Origin: Nemertoderma westbladi
Lineage: Eukaryota; Animalia; Xenacoelomorpha
Length of the DNA stretch: 39,569 bases
Assembly (NCBI GenBank): GCA_032718475.1
Contig: JAUCBJ010005151.1
Span: 1 to 39,569 of the forward strand
Direction: 5' to 3'
The notes below the pieces were generated by a model. The model made no database searches and was not told the origin of the DNA. It worked only from the letters and a program-made list of their open reading frames with translations. Of this stretch, positions 33,186 through 39,569 are shown in pieces (within the stretch, counting starts at the first letter, position 1; each line of letters starts with the position of its first letter). The position numbers and the translations under genes are program-made.

Positions 33186-33228
33186 ACCACGTACGCGTTT
33201 CGACCTTACTCGGTCTCATCAGCGTGGT
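33186..33228 (-). ncRNA. Minimal type I hammerhead ribozyme (consensus intact)
   Basis: ACCACG-CUGAUGA-GACC-gaguaa-GGUC-GAAAC-gc-GUA-CGUGGU: 6-bp stem I, conserved core, 4-bp stem II, palindromic mini stem III (ACGCGU), GUA cleavage triplet. Confidence 0.9.
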
Positions 33229-33479
33229 GTCGGATTCTAACCTGGGACCTCGAGGTGGAAGCCGAGACTACAACCTCTAGGCCACAGGTTCTTGAGATAT
33301 GACATATTGTATCTTACTTAACGAGGATGCTTCAATTACGTCCATTGATAAAATTGCAGCAACTGAAAATTTCTAGAACTTTCCCCATATCAAAATATCA
33401 AATTGTTGTAAAAAAATTCTTGCCCCCAGTCACCGCCCCCAGTTAACTCGATGGCATGGCCTTGTAAATAGTACGCCTT

Positions 33480-34830
33480 GGTTGTCTCCAACTGATGTTT
33501 AGGGCTGCCCTTAGTAGTCTTGTGTAACAACACTCAATTCGTTGTTCAAGTGATTTAGTCAGTGTCCAGGTCTCACCCCCGTATAAAAATACACTTTCCA
33601 CTGTGGCTCGAAAGAACTTAGTCTTCAGGTGCCTGGAGAGATCTGATTTCCAGATGGTAGGCCATTTTTGATAGAGCTAACCAAGCCATTGCTTTCCTAA
33701 CTTCTATGTCCTTTTTGCTACTCTCTATCCATGATCCAAGGTACTGGAAGTCGTCGACCTTCCTTAGTTGATTATTATCAATGGTTGTCAAGTTTCCATC
33801 AACGTTAAAGGTCACGAATTCGGTCTTGGTAGCATTTATATGCAATCCAACCTTAGCAGCCCTCTCCATTTTATTTAGTAGAAGCTGTGCATCTGCTAGC
33901 GTATTAGAGAGCAGGGCGATGTCATCCGCAAAGTCGGTGTCTGTGACTAGTTGCTGGATATCTACTACTTCTGCGTTCTTGAAGTGTGAATCCCAGATCT
34001 TCACCCTTTGTGGCCGTTCTCATTGCGTAATCCAGCACAATTCAAATAGTAATGGTGCTAATGTGTCACCTTGCAGTACCCCAGCCAGGATTGAGAAAAA
34101 CTCAGTTTTACCATCTGGTGAGAGTACCTGCGCTTCTGTGTCACAATATAACAATCCAATGCCAGCAACAATTACCTCTAATATTCCATAAGCTCTTAGG
34201 ATTTCAAGCATTTTCCCTCTATGGATGGAGTCGGATGCCTTCTTGAAGTCCACAAAAGTCATGACTGCAGGGAGATTCTTTGACTTAATTCCTTCAATCA
34301 ATCTCCGTAGTGCAAGTATCTGATATATTGTTGATCTACTTGGTCGAAATCCGTTTTGGCTCTTACGCAGTAGTTTATCTATGTGAGGCCTAATCCTAAA
34401 CATAATCATTTCATTGTATATTTTGGCAGCTACCACAAGCAGACAGATCCCACGATAGTTTGTTGGTATACCTACAGTAGGTCTCCTTTGTTGGGGAGAG
34501 GCTTTAGTTGACCTTTAGTCCAAATTGGTGGTGGCTTTTCCCCTTTTAACATCCGGTTGCAAATATTCAATAATGGTCTATTTAGCACTCCTGTTTTCCA
34601 TACCTCCGCTGGAATTTCATCTAATCCACTCGCTTTATTATTGGACATGCTTTTAATGCTTCTTTGGAGTTCGGCAGGTGTGAAGTCCCCTGTTTCTATA
34701 GGTAGGCCTAGTGTCTTTTCATATATTTTCCATGTATGGTGGCTGCCCAAGCAAGTTGCTGAATTGATTTTTCCACTTCCCAACACGTTCTTCAGGACTA
34801 TCGGCTTTGAGGCGCCCCCTTGCACTTAAC
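33480..34830 (-). mobile_element. RTE-clade LINE RT fragment, frameshifted and truncated at both ends
   Basis: KASGLDEIPAEVWK, YRGICLL, QNGFRPSRST, FVDFKKASDSIHR, GVLQGDTLAPLLF, DFADDIALLS, FQYLGS, TVESVFLYGGETWTLT. Confidence 0.92.
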
Positions 34831-35559
34831 TTTGTAGGCTATCTTAAGATCTTCTCTCTTACAAGTAACCTCAGAGTTTTGTCATGGCACTGGCACATAC
34901 TGTTTTCGTTTGGGTTATGCCTCTTATCTGATTCCTTGTGTGTGCCTTGTAAGCTTATGCTTCCTTTACCTTAATATTAATCATTAAACACCGATTGTAA
35001 TTTAGTCAAAATTTATCAAAATTTATTAATAAACACTGTACCGATTATGTAGGAATAAATAATTAACTTGCCACTTTTCCTTAATTGATAATTATATTAA
35101 CATTGTTAATGTTAATTCGCCGAGATGGAATTCTCACTTTGTTATCCAACTCTATTAGTTTCCTAGGCAATACAACTGATATTCCAGACTTTACACGGTG
35201 TCCTGGAGTAAATGTAATTTGGAAATCTTAATATATCGAAGAAATTTTATTATATTTTTCTTCAATTTTTTTTAGCAATAATATATTCACGGGGTGTTCA
35301 ATATACAATATTCTAGTCATTTTTTACTTAAATTTGGAATGTTTGTATTTTTGCTAGTTTTAAATTATTCATAAACACTATTGAGCCATTATTTTTTTAG
35401 CTAGTGATTTACTGTAGTATTTACTACATACCGGTAGAGTAGGGCGGTTTGGTTGGTTTTGATTTGGCTTAAGGATATTATAATTAGAATCGAGTGAGCA
35501 GTGCATGCACACCATTATAAATATTTTATGCTAGCTGGTACTTGCTAGTGTTGTAGGCT

Positions 35560-36040
35560 TCACACTACAGCTGAGCAACAGGTATGAGGTTCTTGCCTCT
35601 GAGGAGGCAAGATCCTCACACTGCGTGGGATATAATGCCTTCACACAAGCAGTAAAATTAGCAACTGCAGAAACAGTTCATGTATACCCTCGAAACAGGA
35701 AAGAGTCCCCCTGGACTGACCCAAAAATTTGGAAGTGCCGAACTGATCTGGACTTTGCTGATGACTTAGGAGTACTCTCAGAATCACTAGAGGGAGCACA
35801 ACAGCTTCTCAGTTCAATAGAACAGGCTGCTTCTAGTGTTGTGGTCTTTTTGTTACCTCCAAAAACACCAAAAATGTGACAGTTAACTTTGAAAGTCCTC
35901 AGCAAATCTCTTGACCGGATGAGCATAAGGTCAAAGGATGGTATGCTTGATCATGTGCCGACTTATATTACCTGGGATCATGGATCCGGAAGTCAGGTGA
36001 GGACCTTCGTAAGGGAAAGGCAAGGGCAGCAGCATTGAAT
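35560..36040 (+). mobile_element. Older, internally deleted RTE-like LINE remnant just upstream of FReD paralog 2
   Basis: LQLSNRYEVL, PWTDPKI fused to TDLDFADDLGVLSESLEGAQQLL, and YLGSWI. Confidence 0.75.
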
Positions 36041-36194
36041 GGGTTTTTGAAACATTTTTTAAAAAAAATTATGAAATGTTGAAATTGAATTTAAATTAAT
36101 ATACATTTAAACCTATTCCAGAACATTTTCAAGTAGCTATAATATATCCCCGCAGCTGTAATATACCATTATTGTTCAAATTGTTTATATCGCG

Positions 36195-37907
36195 ATGTCA
36201 ATGAAGACAACATCTACTGGTAGTGATGAGGTGTTTTATGAGTTACATAATTGTAATGAAAAGTGTTATCCACCTGAGCTGGATAAGTCTGGTACTGCAA
36301 TCGGTGCCGTCAAAATAGGGTGGAATAGGCTACGGAAATGTACACCAACGTTGTTCAAAGGAATGCTAACAGGTACAAAACATAGACGTAGTAGTGAAGA
36401 AGTATTTTCTGAAATTCATAAATGTGGAGAATATTGTCCTCCTGAGAAGGCAAAACCTGGATATGAAGTGAAGAAAAATAGATTTCATGCCCTCGACATG
36501 GCTTGGAATAGGCCACGAATATGGACACCCAGGTTGTTCAAAAGGAATTTTGAAAATGAAGTAAATCCCACTGAAGATATTAAAAGGTCTTCAGACAGGA
36601 AAACGTCTATAAACAAGAAACGGTCTTCAGACATGAAAGGGGAAAGTAGACGAAGGATTACGAATAACATTTGGAGAAGAAAACGGCGATTAATTATTGG
36701 ACTTCTTATAGGCCTATTGGTCGCGGTAATATCTGGAGTAATAACTTGGCTTATTTGGAGGGAACTTAAACCCGCTATGGTAAATACTTCTGGGCCCACA
36801 ATCCCACCCAACACTATAACAATACCTCCACTAACCACGATAATACCCACTCCCACCTCTATAATAACACACCCACCCACCTCTATAACACCCCCACCCA
36901 CCTCTATAACTCCCCCACCCACCTCTATAACAACACCCCCACCCACCATTGCAACACCCCCACCCACTACTACTGCACACTCAGCTACCACTGCAACACC
37001 CCCACCCACCACTACTGCACACTCAACTACCACTGCAACACCCCCACCCACCACTACTGCACACTCAACTACCACTGCAACACCCCCACCCACTACTACT
37101 GCACACTCAACTACCACTGCAACACCCCCACCCTCCACTACTGCACACTCAGCTACCACTGCAACACCCCCACCCACTACTACTGCACACTCAACTACCA
37201 CTGCAACACCCCCACCCACTACTACTGCACACTCAACTACCACTGCAACACCCCCACCCTCCACTACTGCACACTCGCAAACCACAACAGCAAAAACAGC
37301 CTTATTCCCATGCCACAATATTAGCAATCAATATGCAGTGACATCGACTAATTATGGTCCTTTACAAAAGAAACTGACCTGTCAGGGCTCTACAATCTTA
37401 ATGCAGTCTCGAGAGCGCTCCTCTGCCATTAATTTCAATAGAAATTGGACGGAATATCAAGAAGGATTTCGGAACACCAGTAGTGGGTACTGGGTCGGTT
37501 TAGAAACAATACATTGGCTAACCACACATTGGGAATGTGATCTACAGATTAAAAATATGAAAGTGGATGATCTTAGCTCAGTATATAGGAATGTAACCAT
37601 AGATACAGAAGAAAATAAATACACGTTTAGATACGGGGAATTTTATTTGAAAGGTGAAGGAGGTCAAAATGAAATGTCCGCAGCTAATGGGAAAAAGTTC
37701 TCAACGAAAGACTCCGATAACGATGATTCTGAGGACAAATCGTTGGCTGAAGTTCGGACCGGCGGTTGGTGGCATACAAAGGAGTCGAGAACAAACCTCA
37801 ACGGGGATTATAGTTCGAATAGTGAAGACAATAAAATGTATTGGGGCAGTGGCACAATTAATGTACCGATTGAAATTTCAATTGCTGAGACTGGTTCTTA
37901 TAATTAG
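36195..37907 (+). CDS. Type II membrane protein with mucin-like stalk and fibrinogen-related domain (FReD paralog 2), 570 aa, intronless
   Basis: ATG-to-TAG ORF. ~165-aa cytoplasmic tail ending in WRRKRR, TM LIIGLLIGLLVAVISGVITWLIW, Thr/Pro repeats, FReD highly similar to paralog 1. Confidence 0.92.
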   Translation: MSMKTTSTGSDEVFYELHNCNEKCYPPELDKSGTAIGAVKIGWNRLRKCTPTLFKGMLTGTKHRRSSEEVFSEIHKCGEYCPPEKAKPGYEVKKNRFHALDMAWNRPRIWTPRLFKRNFENEVNPTEDIKRSSDRKTSINKKRSSDMKGESRRRITNNIWRRKRRLIIGLLIGLLVAVISGVITWLIWRELKPAMVNTSGPTIPPNTITIPPLTTIIPTPTSIITHPPTSITPPPTSITPPPTSITTPPPTIATPPPTTTAHSATTATPPPTTTAHSTTTATPPPTTTAHSTTTATPPPTTTAHSTTTATPPPSTTAHSATTATPPPTTTAHSTTTATPPPTTTAHSTTTATPPPSTTAHSQTTTAKTALFPCHNISNQYAVTSTNYGPLQKKLTCQGSTILMQSRERSSAINFNRNWTEYQEGFRNTSSGYWVGLETIHWLTTHWECDLQIKNMKVDDLSSVYRNVTIDTEENKYTFRYGEFYLKGEGGQNEMSAANGKKFSTKDSDNDDSEDKSLAEVRTGGWWHTKESRTNLNGDYSSNSEDNKMYWGSGTINVPIEISIAETGSYN

Positions 37908-38968
37908 AGTTAATTAACACCATATACTACAATTGTAATAATAATAATGATAGTTGTGATGATTTGTAATGTAACTGACGCAACTTTTAGTGATTAGAAT
38001 CTTCAAATTATTTTGATTCTATTATATTTATTGTCACTACAAATTAGATTTTATTCTAAAATCCAATTCCACGAATATTGCCCCATCCCCCCCCCCCCCC
38101 CCACCCCCCCCCCCCCCCCCCCAATCTATGTAATATTGTTGCTACGATGATGTTCCATAAACCAACAATTTTTATAAACGATTCCAAAATTTCAAACTCT
38201 AAACTGAAAGTTTCGAATTAAATTACGCAGCTCAATTTATAATTTTAATATTTCTGATTTCCACTCAACACAAATACATTGCGATATTTACGTTTATTAC
38301 AAAAATACGAGTAAATATGAACTCAAATAAAAATGTACGTAAAATCCTAAGATTCCTAAAGTTACAAAGGAGTATAATTAGTCCATCTGTGAGGAAGTGA
38401 ATACAAACTGAAAGTATATTTATTTCCCAGTGGCCTGTATGACGGGACAGTAACCGTGGCGATTGTCTGTGATTTGTCCCGACATTGAATGGAGTTTCAT
38501 TGAGTCCGTATCTGAGTCTGGGGGCGTCAATAGAGATTGCGGGAGAGTTGAAGGTGCGCCACCCTGCGGCCTACCGGCGAACTGAATTCTCGGTAGGTTT
38601 GAGTTGTAAACGCCCGCAAAAGGTCCCTTAGACGAATAACTGTCCAACACGAGTAACGACGTGTTTTCTCCTTGATCGTTGGTGGTTTCTAGAATTTGGT
38701 TTTTCGCCGGTGGGTACCTATTGCGCTCGGCTTCCATAGCAACGGACACTCGATCCTGATTGGTTGAATCGTAGTGGGGGCGTTTTCTTGAAACGGCCAA
38801 TCGGAAGGAGGAGTTGTAGTCGACCGTATGGGTGAGTTTGTTTGTGTTGCTAGGATACCAATGGGAATACGGCAATCCTGGGTCATTGGTCACCTCGCTA
38901 CAAAAAAACATAAACAAGTTTAATACTTTAAAAGCAAAACGTAACCTCTCTTGGGAGACGGGCAGGAC
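36860..38968 (+). repeat. Segmental duplication copy 2 (homologous to 8085-10477)
   Basis: Direct alignment. Differs by stalk repeat number, a longer poly-C tract (~38081-38122) and small indels. Confidence 0.95.
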
Positions 38969-39569
38969 GTCATAGAATATAGCAAAATCCACAAAGGGCA
39001 ATTTTTTTAGTAATGCAAGTCTGGCAATTTTTCTGGCATTTTATTTTTGTTTAATAACACATCGTTGGAAGTGTTTTAGTCTACTGTTGTATTTTTTAAG
39101 TCAAAATTAAATTCATTATCAGTACAGTTTTAGGATTGAATGGTTTGGGCCCAAAGTCGTACATACTACCACTTATTTAGTTTAATTCGCGTGTTATGTG
39201 GGGGGGGGGGGGGGGGGTGGGAACATCAAACCAACCTTAATACGTAGTTAATACAGATAACTGTGTTGTCGTCACCAGTTTTCGAGTTACATGTTATCAT
39301 AAAGGACTGTCTGCATCCAGACATGGGAACCTTTCATCAACCATCGATAATATGGTGTCACTGCCTGACCTTTGGCCAACACTAAAAAATGATAATAAAA
39401 ACATAATTTCAATTCTATATAGTAATTTCTATATAGTATTTTTATACTGAAAACTGTATTATTGGCAATGGGCATTGTTAGATATTATTTACTATTATTT
39501 ATTATATATTATATATATTGTGATATGGTAAAAAAAATCACGAAATGTTGTAAAAATTTGTTACCGGTT

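Larger units (their letters stand above)
33043..33300 (-). mobile_element. Tandem dimer of a 129-bp tRNA-derived SINE/retrozyme-like unit carrying a hammerhead ribozyme
   Basis: Two copies at offset 129. Minus strand of each: A box TGGCCTAG(T/A)GG, anticodon-like arm CTCGG-CTTCCAC-CTCGAG, B box GGTT(C/A)GAATCC, then the hammerhead core. Confidence 0.85.

Noticed and set aside
38420-39001. 193-aa minus-strand ORF in the duplicated 3' flank
   Set aside because: Broken by an ~11-bp indel in the other copy (~10170), no recognisable domain, likely chance in a GC-richer island.

Overview
AT-rich eukaryotic (most likely invertebrate metazoan) genomic DNA with no prokaryotic operons or CRISPR. The only convincing intact genes are two intronless paralogs 28.5 kb apart (7656-9404 and 36195-37907, + strand). 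Each encodes a type II membrane protein: cytoplasmic tail, one TM helix, a Thr/Pro mucin-like stalk and a C-terminal fibrinogen-related domain (FReD). A third FReD relic lies at ~6953-7068. The paralogs share a near-identical ectodomain and 3' flank but have unalignable cytoplasmic tails, mostly amino-acid-changing substitutions and one hypervariable patch. The interval between them is mostly nested mobile DNA: a LINE split by a young 11.8-kb BEL/Pao LTR element (ATTAC TSD; gag-protease only, RT/RNaseH/integrase core missing, plus a decayed extra ORF), a CR1/L2-type LINE interrupted by a TTAA-flanked piggyBac-type non-autonomous element, RTE fragments, foldback/hairpin elements and minisatellites. 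The most unusual non-coding item is a 129-bp tandem dimer at 33043-33300 (- strand) in which a tRNA-derived Pol III promoter (A and B boxes) is fused directly to a minimal type I hammerhead ribozyme. Most long ORFs in the supplied track (1626-3215, 30918-31708, antisense stalk ORFs) are artefacts of stop-free tandem repeats. All alignments and counts were done by eye.
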